IMG/VR virus record: IMGVR_UViG_3300042261_001312
Location: 1 to 64,000 of that record
DNA: 64,000 nt
Strand: one strand, 5' to 3'
In this document: one piece after another, positions 9,074 through 17,912 of the stretch
Layout of the letters: the number at the start of each line of letters is the position of its first letter
How positions within the stretch are numbered: the first letter of the stretch is position 1
Made by a program: the position numbers and the translations under genes
Notes under the pieces: generated by a model
Told to the model about the DNA's origin: nothing
The model's input: only the letters and a program-made list of their open reading frames with translations
Databases searched by the model: none

Positions 9074-9220
9074 AATGCGTTTGTTTTAAATTGTTGATAC
9101 TTAAATAATTGGTTGTAATAATTATACGAATCTAAATTCAAAAAGGTTACATAAATACTAAACTTTTTTTAATTAAAAAAGGGTGAAATTGCTTTCACCC
9201 TTTTAACCAATTAAAACATA

Positions 9221-9621
9221 TCAACCATAAACAATTTCATCGAACAATGCGTACTGAACAATTAAATCAGCCGTGTTTGCATCGTGATTGTCAAGTAGGT
9301 CTGACAGATTTTCGTTGTACTCGGTACAATACCATTTGATGCCTTCCAACATTTTCTCCCACGTCAACTCCCATTTGTCACTGCTTTCAGCATCGAACAA
9401 TATGAGAGTGCCACCATAACCAATAGCATCACTTGCGAATTGTACATTGGTCCATCTTCCTCAGATATGCCAAGGTAGTTCTTATTCTCATCCAATTTGA
9501 TGATTGCCTTGCGACACCAATAGTTAATGCCACCTTCTAAAGCAGACACAACAAGATTGTTAATATCTTCAGTTGTGAATTCGTGACTCTGCTCAATAGA
9601 TACTTTAAATTTCTTTTCCAT
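9221..9621 (-). pseudogene. Conserved phage protein split by a frameshift near 9452
   Basis: N-part ...SALEGGINYWC...; C-part in another frame NVQFASDAIGYGG...DANTADLIVQYALFDEIVYG to TGA at 9221. Confidence 0.6.
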
Positions 9622-9745
9622 AGTATGAATGATTTAATGGTTATATGTACATTGATACGAACATTAATTAAAAAAGGTTACAAAAAAGATAGGACATTGG
9701 CTTCAATGGTTGCACCCACATACTTTCCAATGCCCTATCAATAAT

Positions 9746-9985
9746 TTACTTCACCCCTGCCATTTTCTTCAACTCTGCTTTAATTGCCTTGGCGACAGTT
9801 CCTCTCCAAGTTCCCGCATTTGCAAGGAAATAGAGAACGATTGACTTCGCTGAGTCGTGGTAGTAGTTATCCGTGATCTTGTCCAGAGAGGACATTGCAT
9901 CTAAGTAAGGTACTGCACCAAAGTATACCTTTGTCCAGTCTTTTTTGATTTCTTTTGCGATCTGATACAGAGGACGTGTTTCCAT
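9746..9985 (-). CDS. Conserved phage hypothetical protein (RPLYQIAKEIKKDW...GAVPYLDAM...WRG)
   Basis: Recognisable small phage family of unknown function. Confidence 0.7.
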   Translation of the reverse strand: METRPLYQIAKEIKKDWTKVYFGAVPYLDAMSSLDKITDNYYHDSAKSIVLYFLANAGTWRGTVAKAIKAELKKMAGVK

Positions 9986-10015
9986 AATAATGAATTTAAT
10001 TGGTTAATAAATCAG

Positions 10016-10087
10016 TACTCCCACTCAGACTCGAACTGAGATTGACAGATTAGAAATCTGCTGTTCTATCCCTTGAACTATGGGAGC
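10016..10087 (-). tRNA. tRNA-Arg(TCT)
   Basis: Canonical cloverleaf, GCAGA-TTTCTAA-TCTGT; behind promoter 10098. Confidence 0.9.
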
Positions 10088-10124
10088 ATATCTGTTATAC
10101 GTTTCTTAATTTAAAAAGGTTACA

Positions 10125-10388
10125 TTAATATGTATAATAATCACGTATTGACATTCCTTGATACTCTTCCAGAGATTTAACAAATATCTCCCACAATTCG
10201 GCTTCGCCTTCCATTATCGCATCCTTAATTGCTTTTTTTGTTTCATATGTACCCATTTTCTCAGCAAACTTACTAACCGCTTCCTCAAAGTTGATTTTTG
10301 ATTGCATTTCACGTGCCTGTACTTTATCCTCAACTAATAATCCGTTTGACAATTTATAGGCTTCTACTTTTACTTTCTCCATTTCCAT
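10125..10388 (-). CDS. Hypothetical protein
   Basis: Behind promoter 10418. Confidence 0.65.
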   Translation of the reverse strand: MEMEKVKVEAYKLSNGLLVEDKVQAREMQSKINFEEAVSKFAEKMGTYETKKAIKDAIMEGEAELWEIFVKSLEEYQGMSIRDYYTY

Positions 10389-10447
10389 AACTAATAATTT
10401 TAATTGGTTATCTGTTATACGTTTCTTAATTTAAAAAGGTTACAATG

Positions 10448-10636
10448 CTACCTCATTTTTTTACTCGCATCTATAATGCTAATTAACTTTGCGTATAAGT
10501 ACAATAGTCCTATTATGATTAGGAAGGTAAACAATCCACCAAATGCTTCCATAATAAAATCGTAAAGGAATACATAAAAGAATAACATTGCTACAAAGAA
10601 TACTGTGGTTACGAACAATACTAAAAATGCTTTCAT
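10448..10636 (-). CDS. Small two-TM membrane protein
   Basis: Two hydrophobic stretches. Confidence 0.6.
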   Translation of the reverse strand: MKAFLVLFVTTVFFVAMLFFYVFLYDFIMEAFGGLFTFLIIIGLLYLYAKLISIIDASKKMR

Positions 10637-10692
10637 TGTATATGGTTTTAAGCGGTTATTTTTAATTAAAATTGAATGAGTGAACTATGCCC

Positions 10693-11481
10693 TTAATCAA
10701 GGGCATAGTCCTCTCTATACTTCTGTAATTCACTCTGCAAGGTTGCCCTCAATCTGAGTATATTTACCTTAACACTATTCAAAGGCATTTGACAGATTTC
10801 AGCAACTTCCTCATAAGACTTCTGCCTTAAAAAATGTGCTATTGCGATCTTCCTAAACTTCGGCTTCAACGTGCGGAATGCCTTTGCAACATCTGACAAT
10901 ACTTCCTTACTCTCAACACTTGCACTTGTATTGCTTTCAGCATTGATTTGGAAATATTCGTCACCATCAGCATCAACATAGTCGCTGATATTCGTATTGA
11001 TATTCTTGCGAACCTTCTTTGTTGAAGATACACCATATTCATTCTCAACCTCAACTTCTACTACTTTGGTAGCCTTGCGATAGTGGTCAACCATCTGATG
11101 ATAGGCAATACCTTTCAGCCACGTGTTGATCTTACTCATTTCCTTATCGTATGTAGCCAAATGCTTCTTAGCCTTCATAAAGGTATCATCGCAGATTTCC
11201 TCTGCGATTTCATAATGACCATTGCCCATTTTGAACTTCAGAAAGTTCAGAACTTCCTTATAGTATTTTGCATAGATTTCCTCAAAGGAAACTTCGGGAA
11301 TAACCAAACCATTGTCACATACCAAACGAACTGCAATTACAGTTTCAGTTGCAGTACCTTTGGCAATTGCCCAAGATTGTTTCATACAAGCGGAGAACAT
11401 TTCCATAGTCCTAACTGATTGACTACGAAACATTTGCCAAGCCCTTTTCATAATCTCTGATTTGTTGTAGGTCGTTTTCAT
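10693..11481 (-). CDS. ECF-family RNA polymerase sigma factor with short N-terminal extension
   Basis: Sigma2 region FEEIYAKY...AEEICDDTFMKA...WLKGIAYHQMVDHYRK; sigma4 region LKPKFRK...KSYEEVAEICQMPLNSVKVNILR; N-terminal IMKRAWQMFR...MKQSWAIAK helix; start set at MKTTY. Confidence 0.9.
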   Translation of the reverse strand: MKTTYNKSEIMKRAWQMFRSQSVRTMEMFSACMKQSWAIAKGTATETVIAVRLVCDNGLVIPEVSFEEIYAKYYKEVLNFLKFKMGNGHYEIAEEICDDTFMKAKKHLATYDKEMSKINTWLKGIAYHQMVDHYRKATKVVEVEVENEYGVSSTKKVRKNINTNISDYVDADGDEYFQINAESNTSASVESKEVLSDVAKAFRTLKPKFRKIAIAHFLRQKSYEEVAEICQMPLNSVKVNILRLRATLQSELQKYREDYALD

Positions 11482-11519
11482 AGCGAATAGATTAAAAAGT
11501 GAATGAATGATTAACAATG

Positions 11520-11550
11520 CAAATATAACTCTATTTTAATTAAAAACAAT
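11520..11550 (-). promoter_or_regulatory. Bacteroidota primary-sigma promoter for the ECF sigma gene
   Basis: TATATTTG (TAnnTTTG -7 box) at 11520-11527 with ATTG 19 nt upstream. Confidence 0.6.
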
Positions 11551-11561
11551 AGCCAAACGTA

Positions 11562-11611
11562 ATTTATTCTCATTCTAAATAACAACCACCTTATTTAGAA
11601 TCTGTCTAAAT
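11562..11611. promoter_or_regulatory. Two Fur-box-like palindromes
   Basis: ATTTATTCTCATTCTAAAT (11562) and ATTTAGAATCTGTCTAAAT (11593); 15/19 and 16/19 to ATTTAGAATTATTCTAAAT. Confidence 0.5.
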
Positions 11612-11707
11612 TTCAATCTTAATTAAAAATAATTACATTTTGGAGTATCACGTATTAAAATAATACCTAATATTGTATCAGTTATTCACCACTTAATTTT
11701 TTACATT

Positions 11708-12319
11708 ATGAAAAACATTATTGATTCAATCGTTAAGAAAGTTGTAAACCTCTTCGCAAACCCAATGACTTCTGCCCTTACGGGTTTATCTTCAGCCTCA
11801 TTCGTAGGCATTCGCAACTACGTTTCCTCTACTTCAGGGGAAATTGCAAACCACGTTATTCTTGCTAACTTTTCTTATGGCAATGCCGTAAAAAATGACC
11901 TGAAAAAATTGCAAAACACAACTCAATCCGACATTCAGGAAATTGTTGAAAAGTTTGGCTTCTCTGTCGAATTAATTAATACTGCAATAGCAAAGTTAAT
12001 TGATTCCTTTGTTAAAAATCAGAACCCCGAAACACGATCAAACCAAAGCAAGGGACAAACTGATGCATACGTTAATATCTCAGATTGCATCCGTTTGCAT
12101 ATCGAATCACAAAAGATTTATATCTATGGCTTGGGCATTAGCAAGGAAATTATCCAAAAAGGTGAATATAAATCTGTTAACTCTCGTGAATTAACACTAT
12201 GCCAAAATGCAGTAAAAAAACACTTCAACTTATCAACTGCCAAATTTAAGCAGTATATAATTGAACCTGACCAAATTGGTTCAGTTAAAGTTAATGGTAC
12301 TGAATATGCGGTGAATTAA
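11708..12319 (+). CDS. Hypothetical protein divergent from the sigma gene
   Basis: 203-aa frame followed by terminator GTGCAG-agaaat-CTGCAC-U-run at about 12331-12358. Confidence 0.75.
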   Translation: MKNIIDSIVKKVVNLFANPMTSALTGLSSASFVGIRNYVSSTSGEIANHVILANFSYGNAVKNDLKKLQNTTQSDIQEIVEKFGFSVELINTAIAKLIDSFVKNQNPETRSNQSKGQTDAYVNISDCIRLHIESQKIYIYGLGISKEIIQKGEYKSVNSRELTLCQNAVKKHFNLSTAKFKQYIIEPDQIGSVKVNGTEYAVN

Positions 12320-12365
12320 CTACCCAAAGAGTGCAGAGAAATCTGCACCCTTTTTTTACTGCCTT

Positions 12366-12418
12366 ATTTAGAATTAGTCTAAATAAAAATAACCACTTTA
12401 CTTATAATCATTCTAAAT
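12366..12418. promoter_or_regulatory. Two further Fur-box-like palindromes
   Basis: ATTTAGAATTAGTCTAAAT (12366, 18/19) and ACTTATAATCATTCTAAAT (12400, 16/19). Confidence 0.5.
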
Positions 12419-12517
12419 AGATTTCCTTGCCTTGTTTTAGACGATTTAAGCAACTCTGCACTCAACTGATACCTACTATCAACTATCATATAGATATACT
12501 ATCCTATGCCTTATATA

Positions 12518-12590
12518 CCCCTCCTCCTGCAGTATCCCCCCCTCCTCCCCCTCCCCCCAGACCCCCTTCAGGACGGGCGGGGTGCGACGT
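12518..12590. other. C-rich / GC-rich non-coding tract (G-quadruplex-capable on the minus strand)
   Basis: Five C-runs of 4-7 nt within 50 nt in an otherwise AT-rich genome. Confidence 0.75.
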
Positions 12591-12693
12591 TCATACCCTT
12601 TCAGAACATATAAAATTTTCTCAAAAAAAATTTTTGCTTTTTCCTAAAATCCTCGATTACAGATAGTTACATAAAATTAATGGCTTGTAAAAA

Positions 12694-12822
12694 ATTTCCA
12701 AAAAATTTTCTGTAAGGGGGTAAAACATGAACCATAATTTTTTTCCAAAAAAATTTCTGTAAGGGTAAAAAATGACTTAATAATTTTTCCAAAAAAATTT
12801 TTTCTACAAGGGTAAAATATGA
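12694..12822 (+). repeat. Three imperfect direct repeats of about 36 bp with phased A/T tracts
   Basis: tttccaaaaaa(a)ttt(t)ctgtaaggg(gg)taaaa-atga at about 12694, 12741, 12785. Confidence 0.8.
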
Positions 12823-12874
12823 TATAATTAATCTTTGATTTGTACGATGAGTATTTATGGGTAAAAGTATTGTA

Positions 12875-13450
12875 ATGGATAAGACGCAGAAGCAATTAAT
12901 AGATACTTATTTTCGTAAAAGGAAGATTGCTACGGAGCAAAATGAGGTATATGAATACAAGGGATATGAGATTGTATATGCTTTAGACAATGACATACCA
13001 ATTAATTTAAATAAAGTAAGTAATCATCAAATTGCCATTATTTTAGGTAAGCAACCATCATTAATTAATAAATTTGATTTATCTAAATTAGATGGTGATA
13101 ATATTAATGTAATTTTAAATAATCAACCATCATTAATTGATAAATTTGATTTAGATGGATTAAATGGTTATGATATTGCCACTATTTTAGGCGATCAACC
13201 ACAATTAATTAATAAATTTGATTTATCTAAATTAGATAGGCAAGATTTTGCTTATATTTTACGTAAGCAACCACAATTTGCAGATAGGTTTGATTTAAAT
13301 AAATTAAATGGTGGTTATATTGCTCATATTTTAGGTAAGCAACCATCATTAGTTGATAAATTTGATTTATCTAAATTAGATGGTAATAATATTGCCAAAA
13401 TTTTAAAATATCAACCACAATTAGAAAAATATTTTAAAGGAATATATTAA
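12875..13450 (+). CDS. 24-aa repeat (solenoid) protein, paralog 1
   Basis: MDKTQKQLIDTYFRKR N-terminus; FDLSKLDGxNIxxILxxQPxLIDK repeats. Confidence 0.8.
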   Translation: MDKTQKQLIDTYFRKRKIATEQNEVYEYKGYEIVYALDNDIPINLNKVSNHQIAIILGKQPSLINKFDLSKLDGDNINVILNNQPSLIDKFDLDGLNGYDIATILGDQPQLINKFDLSKLDRQDFAYILRKQPQFADRFDLNKLNGGYIAHILGKQPSLVDKFDLSKLDGNNIAKILKYQPQLEKYFKGIY

Positions 13451-13461
13451 ATTTTAATATA

Positions 13462-14910
13462 ATGGATAAAGCGCAGAAACAATTAATAGACACATATTAT
13501 CGCAAGAGGAATATTGCTGCGGAGCAAAATGAGATGTATTATTTGAATAAGTCAGAGGCTGAGTATTTGATTAATCATCCAGAAATGTTGTCACAATTTA
13601 AAGACGGGGATAGATTGAATGATAATGTCAGTATTGCGTTATTAAAATATTCTCCAGATAAGGAAGCGACAGCAAAATATATTGGGCATGAATCAACGAA
13701 TAGTGCTTTGTATAATTCAAATTATTTACTGAATGATGGAGATAAGGAAAATGCAAAGAAAATGGCTGAGTTCATTTTAAAGTATCGTGGGGATAATTTG
13801 TATTCGCATGATGTTGCCAATATTGTTGCTGCTGTGCCTGAATTATTAACGCCAGAGCAAATATTATCAAAAAGTGAATATATGGGAGAATGGGATATTG
13901 CCAAGATTATTGCGAATAAGCCTGAGATGATTAATCATTATGACACGAGTAGATTAAATGTTTCCAACATTAATCAGATATTAGCCTTACAGCCGAATTT
14001 ATATATTAAGTTTAAAGATAAGATATCAAAATATGAAGAAAGAGCCAAGAATGATTTAATATATAAAATGAAGGGAAATGAGTATGCTAGCAGCAATCCT
14101 GAAAAGCAAAAATTGATGACTAGTCGATTTTATAAGGTATTATCAAAGAATTCGTTTTATTTCAATTTGCTCAAAGATAGACTAGACGGTTATGATAAAG
14201 AAGATTTATTGATTATGAATCCCAAATTAGCGGATTATCTTAATTTGTCTAATTTAAGCAAATATAATATATCTGATATTTTAATAAAGCAACCTGCCTT
14301 ATTTAATAAATTAGATACGAATAAATTTGATAGATTTGATATTGTTGATTTGATGAAGAAGCAACCATTATTGGTAAATTATTTTGGTGCTGATAGTATC
14401 AATAATTGGGATGTTATTGATATAGTTAAAATACATCCCGAATTATTTGATAAGTTCGACATCTCTAAATTTTCTTCATATAATTTAAAGGAATTAATAG
14501 TAAATCATCCAGATTTATTGGATAAGATTGGTGCTGATAAATTTAATGAGTATACTATTGTTGATGCGATAATAGAGCAGCCAAAATTGGCAAGTAAATT
14601 TGATTTATCTAAATTACATGATATACAAATAGCGAAGATGGTATCTGAGCAGCCTAAAGTTATTAAATATTTATCCAAGGAGATATTGGATAAGTTGGAT
14701 TCATATGATATTAGGGATTTAATAATTAAGCATCCGTCATTGGTTAACTCATTAGATTTAAATAAATTAAGAAAATGGGATGTTAGTGACATACTATCGA
14801 AGAGACCAAAATTGGTAAATAGTTTTGATATTGATAGTTGGAATAGGTGGGATAGAGAAGATTTATTTAAAAGTGTACCGAAAATAAAACAATATATTAA
14901 TCATGGATAA
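13462..14910 (+). CDS. 24-aa repeat (solenoid) protein, paralog 2
   Basis: MDKAQKQLIDTYYRKR N-terminus; degenerate repeats. Confidence 0.8.
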   Translation: MDKAQKQLIDTYYRKRNIAAEQNEMYYLNKSEAEYLINHPEMLSQFKDGDRLNDNVSIALLKYSPDKEATAKYIGHESTNSALYNSNYLLNDGDKENAKKMAEFILKYRGDNLYSHDVANIVAAVPELLTPEQILSKSEYMGEWDIAKIIANKPEMINHYDTSRLNVSNINQILALQPNLYIKFKDKISKYEERAKNDLIYKMKGNEYASSNPEKQKLMTSRFYKVLSKNSFYFNLLKDRLDGYDKEDLLIMNPKLADYLNLSNLSKYNISDILIKQPALFNKLDTNKFDRFDIVDLMKKQPLLVNYFGADSINNWDVIDIVKIHPELFDKFDISKFSSYNLKELIVNHPDLLDKIGADKFNEYTIVDAIIEQPKLASKFDLSKLHDIQIAKMVSEQPKVIKYLSKEILDKLDSYDIRDLIIKHPSLVNSLDLNKLRKWDVSDILSKRPKLVNSFDIDSWNRWDREDLFKSVPKIKQYINHG

Positions 14911-15556
14911 AGTACAGAAACAATTAATAGATACGTATTTTCGCAAGAGGAACATTGCTGCGAAGAGTAATGATTTTTACATGTTGAAGCATCATGAAGT
15001 AATATATTCTTTAAAGAATGATATTCCCGTAGACATGTCAAATGTAAATAGTTTTGATATTAAGAATATAATAGAAGAAGACCCAATGTTGATTGTTAAA
15101 TTTACTCCTGATAATCTGAATAAATTAACTGGTAGTTATATTGCCAGTATTTTAATTAAGCATCCTCAGTTAGTTGACAAATTGAATTTATCGAAACTTA
15201 ATAATCATCATATTAGAGAAATAATTAAAAATCAACCCAAATTAATTGATTGGTTGGATTTATCGAATCTTAATGGTTATAATATTGAAGAGATATTGAT
15301 TGATCAACCACAATTGGTTGATAAATTTGATTTATCCAAACTTCAGGGGTTTAATATTGAAGAAATATTGAAGAAAAGACCTCGATTGGTGGATAGAATG
15401 GATTTATCAAAACTTGACGGTGATAACATCAGGTTTTTATTATTTTACCAACCTTCATTAATTAATAAATTAGATATATCGAAACTTAATGATGATGAAA
15501 TTGCAAGTGTTATAAGAAAACAACCTGAATTGGCAAAGTATTTCAATAAAAAATAA
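14903..15556 (+). CDS. 24-aa repeat (solenoid) protein, paralog 3
   Basis: MDKVQKQLIDTYFRKR N-terminus; same repeat. Confidence 0.8.
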   Translation: MDKVQKQLIDTYFRKRNIAAKSNDFYMLKHHEVIYSLKNDIPVDMSNVNSFDIKNIIEEDPMLIVKFTPDNLNKLTGSYIASILIKHPQLVDKLNLSKLNNHHIREIIKNQPKLIDWLDLSNLNGYNIEEILIDQPQLVDKFDLSKLQGFNIEEILKKRPRLVDRMDLSKLDGDNIRFLLFYQPSLINKLDISKLNDDEIASVIRKQPELAKYFNKK

Positions 15557-15580
15557 ATGTATTTATATAAAAAATCAACA

Positions 15581-16663
15581 ATGGACGAAAGGATAAAAAG
15601 GTTATTATACCTTGCAGAATTTGATAACAAAAAAGACAAAAGAATTATTAAGGAAAGTGTTGACGTTTTGTTTGAGTCAAAGCAAACTGAACTGCAGGCA
15701 GCATCAATATTAAAGAATATTGGTGATGAAAGATTGATTAATGATTTAATTAATAAATTTAAGAATGCTGATACGTCAAAGAATCAGGTTTTGTTGCCTG
15801 TTATGGCTAAATCATATCTTGAAGTTGGCAGCAGGGGATTGAATGAAATGCTTATATTATATAAGAGTGTTTCTGAAATGATGAATACAAATAAAATAAC
15901 AACTCCACAAGTTACGCATGCTGGTTATGTTGTTGGCGGAAAAACATTTAAGAATTATTTAGGTTTTGCTGAGTTCATTCATGGTTTGGAAGGTATGTCC
16001 AAAGGTCATGCGGAATGGAAGGGTAAAGTAAATATTGATACGGATGAGCCACCGATTTGGGAAGGTAATGGTATAAAAGTTTATGACGGTAATGATGTTG
16101 GCAAATGTATTAAGTATACTACAGGTGCGTTAACAGGAAAACATTATGGATTTTGTATTGGTCAGCCAGCGAATACGATGTGGCAGAGTTATAGAGATAC
16201 GAAGACAAGTACTTTTTATTATATCATTGATGAAAGCCGTGAGTTAAATGATCCTTTGCATATTGTTGTATTGGATTATACGGAACACGGGATTGAATTA
16301 ACGGATTCAAATAACACGACAGGAAGTATTGCTGAATATGGAAGTGATGTTGATGCATATGTGAATTATTTACGCAGCAAAGGAGTTCCAACCAATATAT
16401 TTGTCAACAAGGCAAAGACACCTGAAGAGAAAGGAGAGCAGGAAAAATTAGGTTTACAAAATAAAGACTTGGGTTGGTTTAAGAATTTATCATTTGAAGA
16501 AAAGTCCAAGTATGTTGGTAGAGGACATTTATTAAGTGATGAACAATTTGACTATCTATGGAATTTCAAAAATGACAAAGGCGGTTTTCACTTATTGCGT
16601 CAGTACTTAGATACAGGTCAAGCAATTCCTGAAGCACAGTTTAATATATTGGTAAGTGATTAA
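15581..16663 (+). CDS. Hypothetical jumbo-phage protein
   Basis: GTATTTAT motif 14 nt upstream of MDERIK. Confidence 0.75.
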   Translation: MDERIKRLLYLAEFDNKKDKRIIKESVDVLFESKQTELQAASILKNIGDERLINDLINKFKNADTSKNQVLLPVMAKSYLEVGSRGLNEMLILYKSVSEMMNTNKITTPQVTHAGYVVGGKTFKNYLGFAEFIHGLEGMSKGHAEWKGKVNIDTDEPPIWEGNGIKVYDGNDVGKCIKYTTGALTGKHYGFCIGQPANTMWQSYRDTKTSTFYYIIDESRELNDPLHIVVLDYTEHGIELTDSNNTTGSIAEYGSDVDAYVNYLRSKGVPTNIFVNKAKTPEEKGEQEKLGLQNKDLGWFKNLSFEEKSKYVGRGHLLSDEQFDYLWNFKNDKGGFHLLRQYLDTGQAIPEAQFNILVSD

Positions 16664-16664
16664 A

Positions 16665-17174
16665 CTATAGTTCGATATTTTTGTATATTTTGGGAATATA
16701 TTCGTGGAGTTCTGATAATTCTACTGCGTATCTATCACCATATTTAAAATTCATTATTCTTAATTTTTTTCTAAATTCATTGAATGAGATAATACCACAA
16801 ACATAGCCGTATTTTTCCTCTAGGTTGACAATAACAAAAACATAATATCCTTTAGGCGAAGTGGTTATGAGTTTATCAAATTTATCAATATATTCGATTA
16901 AGTGTTTTGCTTTATGTTCTTCACTGGTTTTTACCTGTACATTATATTTAAAATCAAGTCCATTATCACCACCAATTAATATTTTTTTATTCATTGGTAA
17001 TCCACTTAGAAGTGAGAATACTTTTTCACCCATAGCACCAACTAATTCATAATTTGGACTAAATGGTGTACATGATTCATAATTTTTTTTCTGCTCATGA
17101 ATTTTATTAGCGTAATCAACACATTCATCGTATTGTTCGTCGCTTAGATATATTTTATACTCCTCACCTTTCAT
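16665..17174 (-). CDS. Hypothetical protein, possible PD-(D/E)XK nuclease
   Basis: GE...DNGLDF...QVKT pattern. Confidence 0.4.
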   Translation of the reverse strand: MKGEEYKIYLSDEQYDECVDYANKIHEQKKNYESCTPFSPNYELVGAMGEKVFSLLSGLPMNKKILIGGDNGLDFKYNVQVKTSEEHKAKHLIEYIDKFDKLITTSPKGYYVFVIVNLEEKYGYVCGIISFNEFRKKLRIMNFKYGDRYAVELSELHEYIPKIYKNIEL

Positions 17175-17184
17175 ATTTTAACAT

Positions 17185-17583
17185 TTATATTATCGGGTCT
17201 TGTTCGTAATATACTATTTTCCCAATATTATTGGTGTCGAATGTTTCAAGATTTGGTTTAACCACAGAAAAATTATTTCTGTCAAAATTCTTCATGTTAA
17301 TTTGCGAAATAAAATCTGGATTGGATATTGCTTGAGTTTTTGCGTCGTGATCGTCTGTTGCATAGGTATAAAAATACAAAGCACTTCCTTTGAATTCATT
17401 TGGGTTAATATATTTAACAGCAAATACATCTTTAATTTCATTGACATATAATCTGCCTTCTGAGTTGAAATAAAGAATATTGCCATCAATTGATAATGTT
17501 ATGATATTATCATTGATGGTTTCTGTTTTAAATTCTTCTTGAACAAATCCTTGTTTGTTTAATATTTTAAGTTTTATCTTCAT
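17185..17583 (-). CDS. Hypothetical protein
   Basis: Open frame in operon. Confidence 0.6.
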   Translation of the reverse strand: MKIKLKILNKQGFVQEEFKTETINDNIITLSIDGNILYFNSEGRLYVNEIKDVFAVKYINPNEFKGSALYFYTYATDDHDAKTQAISNPDFISQINMKNFDRNNFSVVKPNLETFDTNNIGKIVYYEQDPII

Positions 17584-17584
17584 A

Positions 17585-17908
17585 TTAAAAATTATTTCCG
17601 TTATTGCTTGGAATTATGTGAGAATTTGGATTTCCTGTTCCATCCCAATTTTGAATAGCAGTTATTATTGTAGGTCTACAAATACCAGCAGTCGATATTG
17701 GGTTTTGTATTATGATTTCATAATCTACATACGGATACATTTTATTAAATGTCTCCATGTAGTCACAATTGATATTATTACACTTATGTGGGACTTGTGG
17801 TGGGTCTGTTGTCAATAGAGTTCCTGTTGGTCTTAAATGACCAATTCTACATTTAGGACATTCATAATCAACGTAAACTTGTTTAACGTCTCTTTTTATT
17901 TCTGTCAT
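17585..17908 (-). CDS. Zn-ribbon protein
   Basis: CPKC...HKCNNINC. Confidence 0.6.
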   Translation of the reverse strand: MTEIKRDVKQVYVDYECPKCRIGHLRPTGTLLTTDPPQVPHKCNNINCDYMETFNKMYPYVDYEIIIQNPISTAGICRPTIITAIQNWDGTGNPNSHIIPSNNGNNF

Positions 17909-17912
17909 AGCA

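Larger units (their letters stand above)
799..10444 (-). promoter_or_regulatory. Array of 18 ECF-type promoters TGTAAC-N17-CGTA
   Basis: Plus-strand TACG-N17-GTTACA with TACG starting at 799, 1417, 2582, 3289, 3441, 4425, 4560, 4983, 5805, 5919, 6609, 6815, 6997, 8290, 9125, 9656, 10098, 10418; spacing counted as exactly 17 each time; all intergenic and pointing into minus-strand genes or RNAs. Confidence 0.9.

Noticed and set aside
12427-12895. ORFs 12427-12666 (poly-Pro) and 12677-12895
   Set aside because: By-products of the C-tract and A/T repeats; TTG start or no leader.
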